From contig CM022674.1 of the NCBI GenBank assembly GCA_012295275.1, positions 15,252,001-15,316,000 of the forward strand: a stretch of 64,000 nt of DNA. Reading direction: 5' to 3'. Made by a program: the position numbers and the translations under genes. The notes beneath the pieces are model-generated. The model made no database searches. It saw nothing but the letters and a program-made list of their open reading frames with translations, and had not been told where the DNA came from. The number at the start of each line of letters is the position of its first letter. The first letter of the stretch is position 1. Below, piece after piece: positions 12,947 to 27,819 of this stretch. Source of the stretch: Chrysomallon squamiferum (Eukaryota > Animalia > Mollusca).

Positions 12947-13926
12947 CTTCAGTTTCTCAACTGTTGTGATCTAAAAAAAACCTTCTTATTTGTGATTGTT
13001 TTTATTCAGTAGTATTTACCTATCTCTTTATCTGACAGTGTCTTAGAAATAATACTGGAACTGATGATGGAATAAGTGTGTTTAATTTGTGGGGAAAATT
13101 AGGCTTGTTATGTTTTAAACTTGGTTTAAACCATATTACATACATAATAAAAAAAGTACATGTCACTCAGTACAAATTTCTTTATAATGTCTCCTCTTTG
13201 GTTTGAAATTTGATTCATAAAATCCACTTACATTCATACCACTATACCCTGCTTGTAATATTTGTAGAATTATTACGGTGTAATTCGTTATCCATTGTCC
13301 ATGTGTTCTTAATACTCTCACTGTAAAGTGCTTTGAGCCTCGCTCTCACTAGAAAGGGGCACTCCACAAGTCATCCTTAATATTATATAACCGTTTCTAG
13401 CATTAAGTGAACCCCAGTGGTGAAGAAAACTGGTGTTCAGAGACGATCTCGCTTTAGAATGGGTCCTTTTAGGGTTGTTAATTTATTTTTATTTTTATTT
13501 TTTATTTTTTTTAGCAGAAAGCAAAATTAGACCAGCCAGTGAATGAATATTATGACGATACCTTAATATTTTTTAATAGTGGATAAATGATATTCAGTTT
13601 CAGATATTTCTTTAGGTTGTTTTTCGATTGTGAAACGATGCGAACCAGGTCGATACCATAATGTTGTTTAATACTAACAAATATTATTAACTGATATAGA
13701 AACTGTTGTTTGTAATTAGAATAAGGTATTTAAATCTTGAAAGAATCGTCGAGGACAAAACAGTTTACTTTCTCTTTTATGTTAAAAAATTAATGAAATA
13801 AACATAATCGTATCAACTTGAAATGTGTTGAGTTTTATTTTTTGCTTTCTATTCTTTCTTTTTTTTTAAGTTTTGTTACTTCTTCCTTTCTTCCATTTTT
13901 TATTTTTCTAATTGTTTTATTATATA

Positions 13927-13957
<31 letters not shown>

Positions 13958-14813
13958 TTTACTTTTATTGCTTCTTTCTTTCTTTCTTTAATTTTTTTAT
14001 TTTATTGTTGACCAAGATGATTCGTAGAGATGGTTATTTTAGTGAACAGAAGATTAAAAACAGTCTACATTTATAATAACAAAATGATCATGATGTTGAT
14101 GATAATTATGATTAAGTAAGGTGATAATGTTAACAGGATGATACTTATATAAATGGTGATCATTATAACCATAATTGGATGGTAATGATAATAATAATAA
14201 CATGTAACTTTATTTTTGAAGTGTACCTATATATTTATGTTTCGGACTATAAATCTATAAATAATTTATTCCTTTCTCGTATTGGTCTAATTATAAATCT
14301 AGGACTTAAATTATTTCTGTCGCGATTGTTCTAATTCTAAATTCAAATACTACTACAGTTTTATTAACGAGTATATAGAACGTAAAAGACGGCCGTCATT
14401 GTAGACCTTTTATTATTTAGCATCTAGGGGTATTTTAGCGACGCGGTTGACCTAGTGAACGTGCTGACGTTGTTTCATCCTATAAATAAATAAATAAATA
14501 AATAAATAATGATAAGTAGTATTAGAAATAGAAAAAAAAACAATAGAACAATCATAATAATCACAGCAGCAGAAAGAACAAGAATACTGTTTTCTTATAT
14601 GCATGTCTTTAAATAAATGGCCACGTAACAACTTGAATTTGCCTAAATACTAAAATAATACTAACAACATTTCCCTGGATCCGTCTGTAGCTGCTTACTT
14701 ACACGCACGTACGCACCAAAACACACAATCATTTACATACATACACACTAATACACACACAAGCACACTCACACACACACACAGACTCACACACACTCTC
14801 TCTCTCATACACA

Positions 14814-14853
<40 letters not shown>

Positions 14854-15307
14854 TAACTAGAAATAGTGATAATCAAAATGAATTAGTTTCAATAAATTCC
14901 AAATTAGTGACAACATCCGAAGTAACGACAATAATTTCAAAGCAAAATCAAAAACAAAAGCGAATTTATTCAAAAATACATAAATAAATTCCGAAATACG
15001 ATAATAAACTCCTCCCCCAAATAAATAAATAAATAAGCAAATGAATTCATTATTACTTACAACGAATTTATTACTACCTATAACAAAATCAAAAGTAAAT
15101 ATGCGGATATATTTACAGTTAAACAGAGCAAACTCAGAATAACCGACAATAAATTAAGAAATATGCAAATAAATTATAATAACATTCTACATTGATGAAA
15201 GATTTTAATTAATAACTGTAATTCAATTGTAAATATGCAAATCAGGTCAACCATTTATTCTGGGATGCGCAAGTGTACATAAGAGTTTTGGATGGCGTTA
15301 TACTTTT

Positions 15308-15309
15308 AT

Positions 15310-15340
<31 letters not shown>

Positions 15341-15455
15341 GCCTGGTTAACGACAGGCTCCTAGGTCTCATCCTAGAGGAATTTTTGAGGGGGTACAGGT
15401 CGCCCTCGGGTGACCCGCCTACTTCGCGGGATGACCTTGTTGCCGTGATCTGCCC
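15308..15455 (+). ncRNA. RNU12: U12 snRNA, copy 3
   Basis: 148 nt. I see one difference from copy 1 (GATGACCTT vs GATGCCCTT) in the 3' stem-loop. Confidence 0.93.
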
Positions 15456-15703
15456 TTACCCCACAAAAAAAAAATTAATTAAATAAATAAATAAATAAAA
15501 ACAGTTGTAACCGGATTTGTTCTAATCTATTTGTATTTTTATTGATTTTAAAACTATTAAGTGTTATTTATTTTATTTTATTTATCTGTCTGTAATTTCG
15601 GTTTCTCCAAATTTGACATTTTTATATTTAAAATCCAATTAACTTGTTTATTGTAATTATCTTCCACAAGCTTCATTTTCCTAATCACTTTTTTCACTCT
15701 AGG

Positions 15704-16369
15704 ACAGCGTTAGAAATTGTGCCAAAAGATCATCTCCACAACATCATCTCCAAACATCGACGAGATTACCCGGATCACGAAGATCTGCGATAACGAAGCT
15801 ACAGATGGAGTCACACCTCAGAAACCAAAGAAATATGTTCTTAATCAATTGCAGGAAAAATATCCAGGCTGTTCTTATAACGAAGCTTCCAGAAAGGTGT
15901 TTTGATTTTTTTTTTTTTTTTTTTTTTTTATCACCACCGTCGTCATTATTATTATTATTATGATTATTATTATTATTATTAGTGTCGATGTTGTTATTTT
16001 TTTTAATTTTCAGCCTTCATCTCATTTTCGTTTCAACTGGTATCTCGGAATTAATTTACTCTACTATCTACCTATGAAAAGGTCTGTTTAAAATCATTAT
16101 TTCTGCTAATCGGGAAAGTAATTCAAGAAATTGTTTTTATTCTCTCACATACAAATTCCATTATTCTCGTTATTACAAATTTGTTTAAAATGTTTTGTTG
16201 TGTTTCAATTGGGTACTATTACCTTTAGTACGGTATTTCTGTGCAAGGCTCTTACTGCACGACATCGACGTACAAAATCAGACGAGTCTGTGCATCTGGA
16301 TATTGGAAAAGAAACCGACATACAAGTAAGTGTTGTTTCTTTTTTATTTATTTATTTATTTATTATTAT

Positions 16370-16413
<44 letters not shown>

Positions 16414-16444
16414 TGTTGTTGTTGTTTTATTTATTTTATATATG

Positions 16445-16476
<32 letters not shown>

Positions 16477-16653
16477 ATTTATTTTGTGTTGTTATTTTCG
16501 TTTACTTTTTTGTTCTTGTTGTTGTTCTCAACTTTTTGTTGAGTTGTTTGTCTTACTTTATACTTTCGTATTTTATTTATTTTCAGGATAACTTTCCTGA
16601 CACAAGTAAACTAAATCGACCAAGCAGTGCTGAGCCCGAAAGCCGAAACAAAG

Positions 16654-16684
<31 letters not shown>

Positions 16685-17266
16685 GTTTTATCTCTTCGAT
16701 ATACTGAACATCTATCAGAGAAGTACAAAATTTTTCAAATGACTGAGTCACCGTGTCTCTGTGTTTGGGTTTAGATGTGGGTGTATTTTCAAGATAACTT
16801 TCCTGACACAAGTAAACTAAATCGACACAGCAGTGCTGAACCCGAAAACCGAAACAAAAGTCTGTCTGTCTGTCTGTCTGTCTGTCGTTTTATTTCTCTG
16901 ACATATTAAATGTCTATCCCACAAGTACACAAAGTTTCCAATGACTGAGTCTCTGTGTTTCGATGTTTGTGTGTTATGTGTGTATTTGTGTGTTTTGGAA
17001 CGGTTGGGTGCGTGTGCGTGCGTGCATGCATGTCTGATATAATATTTAACTACACGTAGTTAATCGATGATTCATGGATAATATATTGTTGTTTTTAGAT
17101 AATTATTTTGTTATAACTGAATTGCTATGCTTATTTATTCATTTATTGTTTTTTAGATCCGTGGATTTCAGATAGAGTGAAAGAAAAGCAGAAACAGCCT
17201 TCTCTGTTACGGGAACGTTTGAAACCTCCAACTGTTAACAATTATATACTGGCAACCAAATCATAG
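15704..17266 (+). pseudogene. Truncated, internally deleted duplicate of CNBD-gene 3' exons (unit C)
   Basis: Same chimeric exon as unit B. The acceptor of the LGTITF exon is mutated (TTTCAA/TTG instead of TTTTAG/TTG at ~16208). Confidence 0.8.
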
Positions 17267-19349
17267 TATTATGGACGTCAAGAGACAAGATTCAGGAATT
17301 ATTTCCATACAACTTTTAACAGCCTATGTTCCAGTATTTCGGAACTGTTCGAATACAACGTGCTATCATTCAAGATGATCTGAAGGTCAACACAAAGAAA
17401 AACAGAAATGAAAATATCATACCTATAAATGGAGAACGCTTATAGACACCCTCCTGTGTCTTCCATTGAAAAAGAAATGTTAATTAAGTACTGCAAATTG
17501 CCTGTATTGTTTTCCGCTATATAATTTTTGAGATAATTTGACTGACTTTTGATGGTATGATTTATTCTCTATTACATGCCTTATCTGAATAAAAACTGTA
17601 TGATTGAAGTATCTGAAGTTTTATCATTCTGTTTATTGCTCGAATGTTATCTCGAACTGTGAAAAAGAAAAGTATTTAATCTCAATGAGAAATGACTGGG
17701 GTAGCCGCCAGTTCGTCATGGGTTTAGATCGTGTATCGGGAACATCGTTTATCAGCTACAGTTTACGTGCATGGAGATAACGCTACGAACGTCGGTCACA
17801 TAAACAACGTCGATCAAACAAAAGTCCGATAACTTAGCTTCATTTATGTATCCAACATGAAAGATTTCGCCACACGAAGGTGGAAGAAATCCTTGATGCA
17901 ATAATTATGTGAAGTATCTTGACTATTTCCAACGAAAAGACTCTTTTACAGAGATATCAGTAGAACTGAATCTTAAAGCAACTACACGATCACTCGCTGG
18001 ACATGAAACACATGTCACTCATCGTGTTTTCTTCCAAACCACCTTTTACGTCATTGCCATTGAAGCCGATTCTCTGCAAACAGAACCAGCTGAATTCTGA
18101 CTGAAGTTCTCGTTTGTGAGCAAAATTATCGTTCTTTTCACAATGTTTAGATTTAACCGCATACAATTACGATTTAACGATATCGGAGCCAGTTACCTAT
18201 AAACTGTCTAGCTGTGCCTGCACCTTGGTTTATAAATCAACAAGGTTATTTAGGCAGAGCACTTCTGTTGGTGATGTTAGTTCCAAGCTGTTTGTTGACG
18301 ACACTGAGCCCAAAATCTGTGAAGATATTGAGCAGTTTATTTTTGATGCCCGAAAAAGCGAAAAATCTAAGGTCATGTGACTTCAGTTTCTCAACTGTTG
18401 TGATCTAAAAAAACCTTCTTATTTGTGATTGTTTTTATTCAGTAGTATTTACCTATCTCTTTATCTGACAGTGTCTTAGAAATAATACTGGAACTGATGA
18501 TGGAATAAGTGTGTTTAATTTGTGGGGAAAATTAGGCTTGTTATGTTTTAAACTTGGTTTAAACCATATTACATACATAATAAAAAAAGTACATGTCACT
18601 CAGTACAAATTTCTTTATAATGTCTCCTCTTTGGTTTGAAATTTGATTCATAAAATCCACTTACATTCATACCACTATACCCTGCTTGTAATATTTGTAG
18701 AATTATTACGGTGTAATTCGTTATCCATTGTCCATGTGTTCTTAATACTCTCACTGTAAAGTGCTTTGAGCCTCGCTCTCACTAGAAAGGGGCACTCCAC
18801 AAGTCATCCTTAATATTATATAACCGTTTCTAGCATTAAGTGAACCCCAGTGGTGAAGAAAACTGGTGTTCAGAGACGATCTCGCTTTAGAATGGGTCCT
18901 TTTAGGGTTGTTAATTTATTTTTATTTTTATTATTTATTTTTTTTAGCGGAAAGCAAAATTAGATCAGCCAGTGAATGAATATTATGACGATACCTTAAT
19001 ATTTTTTAATAGTGGATAAATGATATTCAGTTTCAGATATTTCTTTAGGTTGTTTTTCGATTGTGAAACAATGCGAACCAGGTCGATACCATAATGTTGT
19101 TTAATACTAACAAATATTATTAACTGATATAGAAACTGTTGTTTGTAATTAGAATAAGGTATTTAAATCTTGAAAGAATCGTCGAGGAGAAAACAGTTTA
19201 CTTTCTCTTTTATGTTAAAAAATTAATGAAATAAACATAATCGTATCAACTTGAAATGTGTTGAATTTTATTTTTTGCTTTCTATTCTTTCTTTTTTTTA
19301 AAGTTTTGTTACTTCTTCCTTTCTTCCTTTTTTATTTTTCTAATTGTTT

Positions 19350-19394
<45 letters not shown>

Positions 19395-19915
19395 ACTTTT
19401 ATTGCTTCTTTCTTTCTTTCTTTAATTTTTTTATTTTATTGTTGACCAAGATGATTCGTAGAGATGGTTATTTTAGTGAACAGAAGATTAAAAACAGTCT
19501 ACATTTATAATAACAAAATGATCATGATGTTGATGATAATTATGATTAACTAAGATGATAATGTTAACAGGATGATACTTATATAAATGGTGATCATTAT
19601 AACCATAATTGGATGGTAATGATAATAATAATAACATGTAACTTTATTTTTGAAGTGTACCTATATATTTATGTTTCGGACTATAAATCTATAAATAATT
19701 TATTCCTTTCTCGTATTGGTCTAATTATAAATCTAGGACTTAAATTATTTCTGTCGCGATTGTTCTAATTCTAAATTCAAATACTACTACAGTTTTATTA
19801 ACGAATATATAGAACGTCAAAGACGGTCGTCATTGTAGACCTTTTATTATTTAGCATCTAGGGGTATTTTAGCGACGCGGTTGACCTAGTGAACGTGCTG
19901 AATTTGACTGATCCT

Positions 19916-19952
<37 letters not shown>

Positions 19953-20969
19953 GATAAGCAGTATTAGAAATAGAAAAAAGCAATAGAACAATCATAATAA
20001 TCACAGCAGCAGAAAGAACAAGAATACTGTTTTCTTATATGCATGTCTTTAAATAAATGACCACGTAACAACTTGAATTTGCTTTAAATACTAAAATAAT
20101 ACTAACAACATTTCCCTGGATTCGTCTGTAGCTGCTTACTTACACGCACGTACGCACCAAAACACACAATCATTTACATACATACACACGAATATGCACA
20201 CAAGCACACTCACACACACAGACTCACACAGTCTCTCTCTCTCTCTCATACACACACACACACACACACAATTAACTAGAAATAGTGATAATCAAAATGA
20301 ATTAGTTACACTAAATTCCAAATTAGAGACAACATCCGAAGTAACGACAATAATTTCAAAGCAAAATCAAAAACAAAATCAATAACAAAAGCGAATTTAT
20401 TCACAAATATATAAAATACATTCCGAAATACGATAATAAACTCCTCCCCCAAATAAATAAATAAATAATCAAATGAATTCATTATTACTTAGAACGAATT
20501 TATAACTAGCTATAACAAAATCAAAAGTAAATATGCGAATATATTTACAATTAAACAGAGCAAACTCAGAATAACCGACAACAAATTAAAAAATATGTAA
20601 ATAAATTAATTATTGGAAACAAACTGAAATTTTTAATTATCGATAACAAATATGAGATCAGAAATAATTATGGAGAAGAAATTTTCAGCTACACGATAAC
20701 AATTCACAACTACCGACAAATAAATAAATAAATGAATAGATAAATAAATACAAAGACAATAGAATTCGGCTAATATGAACAATAAAATCAGAATCGAGAA
20801 GAAGGCTAAAATATTTGATTATAAATTAATAAATAAATAAATTTAAAAATCAACAATAACTGATATGGAATTCTGTCAAAGCTATATATTAATTGTTTAA
20901 ACATGTTTGGACATTTCTACACACTCGAAGCTTGTTTCGGTATTTGACGGTTGTTATCGGTATTCGTCG

Positions 20970-21245
20970 GTAACGGAAGGAACCAGTATTTCCGCGCGAG
21001 TGAAAACAGTCTATTTCTTAGAAGCGAACTGTGGTGTTTTCTGAGAAATACGCCTACATGCAAACACAGTAATATAACAACTCTTTCTTGGTTTTTATTT
21101 CCTTTTAGGTAGGTTGATATAATTGCAGGAAATTATGCGATAAATAATTATAATAATAATAATAAAGTAAACAAAATAATTTACCGTGAATGTGTGCGTA
21201 TCGGTATCTCTGCGCCTTGTAGTACAAGTTATTTTCGTTTCTCGT
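20970..21245 (+). promoter_or_regulatory. Putative promoter of PARP paralog 1 with two STAT GAS-like palindromes and an ISRE-like element
   Basis: TTCTTAGAA 21015-21023, TTCTGAGAA 21039-21047, TTTCGTTTC 21233-21241 and CGGAAG at ~20974, in a CpG-containing patch ~650 bp upstream of the ATG. Confidence 0.45.
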
Positions 21246-21675
21246 TCGTCATTGTTTTTACACATTTTGAAAAACGACAGCTGTTATGACAGAGTATACT
21301 TATTCAGGTTTATCAACGTATTAGTAGTTTGACGTGATTATATGACACTGATAACTTCATAGAAAAATAATATTTTTTAAAATCTAGTAATAACCACTGT
21401 CAAGGTAATGAAATTTGAAAGGACTTGATTTGGTGTATAATTATATTGAACAATAATGTAACACTGTAAGTACATAATTACAATATTGAAATACCAGGAT
21501 AGCGCAAGAAGGTGAAAAACAAGTTTCAGTTGTGGTTGGTCCCGAGGTAAATGATTAAGAATACATATATGTCATTGTCAGATGCTGGATAATTGCATGC
21601 ATGCTATGTAGTTTTAATCTTCAATATAAATTATAATGAAAACTTTGCAATAACACATTTACAGGTCAGTAAAAG

Positions 21676-24600
21676 ATGGCATACAGACGACAAAGAGATG
21701 ATGAAAACCATTGGCATTTCCAAAATAACAATCAACAGCAAGTCCCACAGCAAATGTATTTTGTATTGCCTTCGTACAACCAACAACTGAACTTTCCGCC
21801 TTACACAGTAGGACATCTGAACCAAGGAAATTTTAGCGTTTTGGAAAGACCTGCCTATACAGAAGAGGAAGGAAATGATAGCAGATTCAGAGGACCAGTA
21901 AGTAGTCAGGGACATGGAGGAGACAAAGACTGGCACAGAAAAGGACAATATTTTTACAACAATCAAACTAATGGAAATTTAAAAGAAAGAACAATGTCAC
22001 TAACAAATCTCACTTCCACTTCAACTGCTGGCAATTTAGATGATATAGAGGCAGCTGTAGAAAGTAGAGGAAGATCTGCTCACCAAAGCAGAGGATCTGG
22101 ACACTATGACAGAAGAGGCAGAGGAAAAAGAGGTGGTAGAAGTAGAGGTAGATGGCATAATAAGCAAGGAGTTGACAGAGGTTTAAAAGAAAGAGCAACG
22201 TCATTAACAAGTCTCTGCTCTTTAAATTCAGATGATAACAGAAGTGATGATGTGGAAGATACAGAAAGATTGAAAACTAAAAGAGACAGAGGCACGCCTA
22301 ATTTACGTAGGGGTGGGAGAAGAGGCAGACGTGGACCGGTATCCAGAACTGGAACTCAAGAGAATAGAGCTGGTTTAGAAAATAGTGAAATAATTATTGA
22401 TGACGATGGAAATGTTGTCAGATGTGATGTAACTGAGAAAGCTTCCAGAAGTCACACACAAATCAATGCCAAAAATAAACCCAAGAAACTTCCAAAATAT
22501 AAAGAGAAAGAACAGGGTGAGAAATCTGCTGTCAACACAGGAGATGAAACTGTTACTTCAAATGAGAAGCCAGTGATAGATTTGTTAGCTAGTCTTAAAA
22601 CCTTGTCTTCTGCAGAAATACCTGAGAAATATTTAATCCAGAAGAAATGTAAGCCAGAACAATCTGATCAGAAAAATTATCTGTCTTCTGAAAGAAGAAA
22701 CAGGGAAAGTCAACAAGCATCCAAAGCTAATACACATACAGGAGAGAAACAACAACCAGAAAGACTGGTAGATGCTGAAGAAAATGTAAAGAAAGTGTTT
22801 AACATTCTTCTTCAGAAGTTTAATGGTCGTACTGACTTTTCTAAGCTGATGAATGAAGACACTCTTCCTCAAGAAGCCAAAGGAATTTCATGGTATAAAA
22901 GACACAGAAACCATTTTTTGCTTTTCAAACAAGATGATGAAATTAAATTTGTTTCTGTTTACTCCAAATATGCACGACCTTGCTATTTTTACAACAAAAC
23001 TAACTGCCATAAAGATGACTGCAAATTTCTTCACATCTGCAGGCATTTTGTAACCGGTGGCTGTAAATACAGTAGTTGCCTTTCACATAATTTTTTTGAC
23101 AAGAGAAATAAGAATCGCATTGAGGAGATAGGTTTGGAATTTTTGAAAAATAAGAACATTGCAAAGGTTGTCAGATGCAGCACCCCTGAATGGTGTGAAG
23201 AATATCAGAATGGTATCAAACATGATGAACACTGTCCACTAATTCATGTCTGTAGAAAAGAGGACTGCAATAAGATGTGTGGCTTAGAACATGACATCAA
23301 GTCATCTGAACACAACCAGTGGGTGCTTAGACACCTTCATTTATGTCATTGCCCTGAATCTTTTCTCTCCAAAATGCTTCTGTCCAGAGAACTGAATTAT
23401 AAGCAAGTAAAAGAAAATAAAAATAAAATGAAGGATGCTGATAAAAGGCCAGAACAGAAAGGTGACAGTCATAATGAAGAACACTGTGATCAAGTTCAGC
23501 AACTAATGCTAAACAATGAGAAACAAGCTGCTGAGGTTAAAGTCATAGATCGTCCAGTTCCTAAACCCCGCATAAAGTCTCTGCCTTTCCTTGCTGTAGC
23601 TTCTAGTGAAATATCTCAGGAAACAGATGACAGTGACGTAGAAAAGGATTCTGTTGACCTATCTCATGAATCAGATGACAGTGATGTAGAAAAGGATTCT
23701 GTTGAACTATCTCACGAATCAGATGACAGTGATGTGGAAGAGGATTCTGTTGAAAATTCCCAGCATTCAAATGACAGTGACGAAGAAGCAGGTCCTAAGT
23801 GCAGTGATCTCTGTGAGAAATACATCTGGAGTCAATGTTCCAAAACTTCACACTACCATGGACCTAATCGTTTGCCATACCTCTGGCTGATAAAGGTGCA
23901 AGAAAGGTGGATTTCCTTTGATGAAATGGAAAATGAAAAGATAGAAAGATCATTTTGTGACTGCGATAGAAAAATAAGTGATGTTAAGGTCAGTTATCTA
24001 CTTATATCTAAATACTATAATCTCTACTATTGTTACACTATATTTGTGTTGCATTAGTACAAATTAATTTGGATGTTAGCAAAACACATTTGAAGTAAAT
24101 TCTGTTTTTCCTTTTAATTAAAGAAAAATAACTAATGTATCGATTCTGAGATCTTCCCTTTAAACAATTATTTAGCTATTCTTTTATCAGTTATCACTGT
24201 TGATATCGCCTAAATAATATCTTTTCCTGTATGATTAAGTGATTTCTGTAAAGGGGTGGAAATTCATTTGCTAAACTGCCTTGAAAACTTGAGTGCTTAA
24301 AATATTTTGTGTTTTTTATTCTTTGCATGAGAAAGTAATATTTTTACTCTTACTGTAAAACAGTGATAGAGCCTTTGTTACTAAACATGGTAATTAGATA
24401 ACCAATTATTTTTCAGTATAAAAATACTCAGAATATTTTATTTTGGAGCTGTAACATCAGCCCATTTGCTTTTTTCAATTAGAGAAACAAATTTTTCTAT
24501 TCAGTAACAATGTTGGAAATTACACAGGGATAATTAATTATTTTATTATTTCTAACAAGAATTTTATTTTAAATATTAATACAGTATCAAGAATAACTCT

Positions 24601-27600
24601 CAGTTTAAGTCAGAACATAACTACAAAATAATTAAACTATATGAAGTTTGTTTCTAATAAAGATACTGTATTCATATTAGCAGAATATCAACAATATTGA
24701 TATTTTTAAGTTTGCCAGATTTGATCAAGGTTTACCCCCAAACAAACCAAATACTTTGAAAGCTGTTTTCAGCATTTTATGGTTTCTACCTCTGATGAGT
24801 TTGTCATTCCCATTACAGTTGATGGATCTTCTGTTATGATATATCATTAAAAAAAATAGAAATGCTGCTCATTCAAGTGTTACTAATATGTCATTTTTTT
24901 ATTTTTCTGATAAGCAACATTTTGTAAGAATATTTATTTATTTAACTTTTTTTTTTCTGTGCATTCAGTTTATTAGATTTTTTTCCTTAGTTTTTTTGTT
25001 TTTTGTTTATGTATTTAGATTTTTATAGGCCTTCTTTTTGTATATATGGTTATTGTGATTCATGTTATTTATATATTTCTCTTTTTGAAAGGTATCTGAG
25101 ATATCTATGGCATTAATCACATACGAGACAATGACTGCTACAATTTACTTCAAACACACAGATGAAGAAACATTTGGAGAATCGACAGAAGTTCAGCGAC
25201 TATCAACTCCTTCCTATGTCACTGGAACTGGCAATAATATGGCTGAATTAACACAGTGGTGTTGGTATTTCAAAGATGATAGAAGAAACTGGTTACCATA
25301 TGAACCAGTAAGTAATGGCCAATGCACAGATCAAAACCACATTATGTGTATCAGAGTTAGAACAACAAAATAAGACCCACCCAGACATTAAACCAAACAC
25401 TAAATCCCAGATGGAGATTTTTTATTCATAAAGTGTCTTTACTTTTGTTATTGTGGTTATTTTCTTTCAAACCTAGGATTTCTTTAAGAAACACCTCCAG
25501 GTTTTACTGCAAAACCAAAAAATAAAAAAGTGACATGATTATGAAGTTATTTGCTTTCACTTAATAAATTTATTTATTATTTTGTTACTGAATCAAAATC
25601 CACATTGGAAAAACTTAAAATTATATTTTATGTTTGCATGCTGAATAAAGAATGTGTCACAGTGTATCTTTAATATATAATTACAGCACAGTACACAGTG
25701 GAAATAAAATAAGCAAGACACTTTTCTTAGCAGAAGACAAAATTGTGAGGTTTTATACCAAAAATAATGTAGCTTTAATGTATGTGCATATACAACTTTA
25801 CTAATTCTTTATCATCTTCTGTTTTTTATTTAATTTTTTATCTTTGATTTTTCTTCTTGTTTTTTTTAAAGGCCAATTTACAGTACACTCTGGAAATGAA
25901 ATACCAAAATAAGCAAGAATCATATTTCTTAGAGCATGAGCATTTTCAGTATGAGATAAACTTTGAAGAAATGATACAGACTGATTTAGAAACAAAAATG
26001 ACAAGCTCAATTCTGAGAAGACCCATATTTGTTTCTTCAGATGATGTCAGACAGTGCAGAAAAGCGTAAGTCATTGTAGAAATATTTCTGTCAGAAAAAA
26101 AGCTGCAGTGAGCACATCAGCTGTGAATATTATAATTAATATTACTGGCTTTCCAAAACAAAAGTGAACACTGTCAGTCAGTTACCTTTTAATTAACAAT
26201 TTTATTTAACAACACACTCATGACATTTTATTTTCAGTTACATGGCAGCAGAGTTATGGTTAAGGAGCACTGAGATGATGAGAGAGGAAAACCATTGCAG
26301 CCACATCATGGGCTGCTCTTTCCTCTTAGCAGCAAAGAATAATTTACATGCACCATCCCACAGACTGAAAAATAAGACCAGACAGACTTCGATACACCAG
26401 TTGTGGAGCATTAGCTAGAATGAAAAATTTCACAATGTGTCCACCACTGGTGATTGATCTGATGTCCCATTGTGCATCTCCTCCAGTTATAACAAATGAC
26501 CTAACCCAGATTTAAACTGCATTCCGTTAATTGCTGAAAACCGTAATATTTTTATTATACTGAATTTTTTAGCCTTATATTGATTTTCTAACAATACCTT
26601 CTCCTTCTTAACAAACTTAATTTTGGCTGTTGGATTTGCTTAAAGAAATACATTTTATTATATTGAATTCATCATTCTATTTATAGATCCCATCCTAATC
26701 TGCCAACACAGAAACCTATGTTGTCAGTGACTTCACCAGACGGCTGGGCACCCCTAGACTGTTATCAAACAGTAGAACTTGTGAAATTAAAACAGGGATG
26801 TTCAGAAGAAGCTGAGATGATCCACAATTTATTTTTTTCTACAATGGATCGCTCAAGTGTGGAAATCATATCACTATTTCGTATACAGAATCCAGTACTG
26901 TGGGAAAAATACTGCAGGTTGGTCTCCAGAAATCACCTGGAACATATACTTTTATCCTGTTCTATACATTTTGTATACATCCAAATTGAAGTTTCCTTTG
27001 TCAGTAATATGTGATGATAAAAATTTAAACCCAAGAAAAAATATAAGTTTAATGTTATCAAACCTGAAATGTTAATGGTTGTAGAAAAAAGAACAACAAA
27101 TCAACAAGTGTACAAATTATGGTAGGTAACAATTTTAAGAAATAGACTGCATTTTGTTTACCTAAAACAGTGTTAGTGAGGATTTAAATAGAAGAGAGTA
27201 ATGGTGATTTCAACCATTTTCAGTTAGCTATGGGATGTCACCACAGTATCTCTTAGTTCTGAGGATGTCTTAATCTGTATACTATCAGGCCAAGTCATTT
27301 ATAATTTCCAATTTATTGTGATAAAAAAAAAAAAAAAAAAAATTCCAGATAAATCAATATACTTATGTTTTTGTTCTAAATTTTAGTATGAAGAAAACAA
27401 TGGTGATGAAGCTTCAGCAGGAAGATAGCACAGGCACAGTTAATGAAAAACACCTTTTCCATGGAACTGACAGCAAAAAAGAAATCATCCGTGGTATCTG
27501 TCATAATAACATTGACTTTCGCCTCAGTGGTAAAAATGGAACAGTTTATGGAGATGGGGCATATTTTGCACGTGATGCCAAATACAGTCATAGCTACACC

Positions 27601-27819
27601 AGTGGTCCAGAGAGATTTATGTTTCTTTCAAAAGTTCTTGTAGGTCACTACACCAAAGGTGACTCTAAATACTGTCGACCTCCTCCACGTACAGGTCATC
27701 ATCTTTATGACTCGTGTGTCAATGACACTGAAAGGCCAAGTGTTTATGTCATCTTTGACATGGCTCAGAGTTATCCAGAATATCTAATTCAGTATGCCGT
27801 TACTGAGAGTTTGAATTAG
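21676..27819 (+). CDS. ZAP/PARP12-like CCCH zinc finger-WWE-PARP protein, paralog 1 (intact, ~1128 aa)
   Basis: Exons 21676-23988, 25092-25307, 25872-26065, 26687-26917, 27387-27819, all in phase. RGG-rich N-terminus; CCCH fingers (CYFYNKTNCHKDDCKFLH, CRHFVTGGCKYSSCLSH, two degenerate); acidic 16-aa repeats; ZnF5 (CEKYIWSQCSKTSHYH); WWE1 (LPYLWL..RWISFD..IERSFC); WWE2 (QWCWYFKDD..WLPYE); PARP domain (RIQNPVLW, HLFHGT, YGDGAYFA, YDSCV, YPEYLIQY). Confidence 0.93.
26200..26480 (-). mobile_element. Degenerate SINE-like interspersed repeat in PARP intron (second copy ~38612-38885)
   Basis: TTTATTTAAC..ACTCA..ACATTTTATTT..GTTA.ATGGC..ATGGTTAAGGA..GAGAGAGGAAA.C..CATGGGCT.CTCTTT..TTAGCAGCAA..ATGCACCATCCCACAGAC resembles, from memory, an abundant gastropod tRNA-derived SINE in antisense orientation. 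Not verified by search. Confidence 0.55.
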
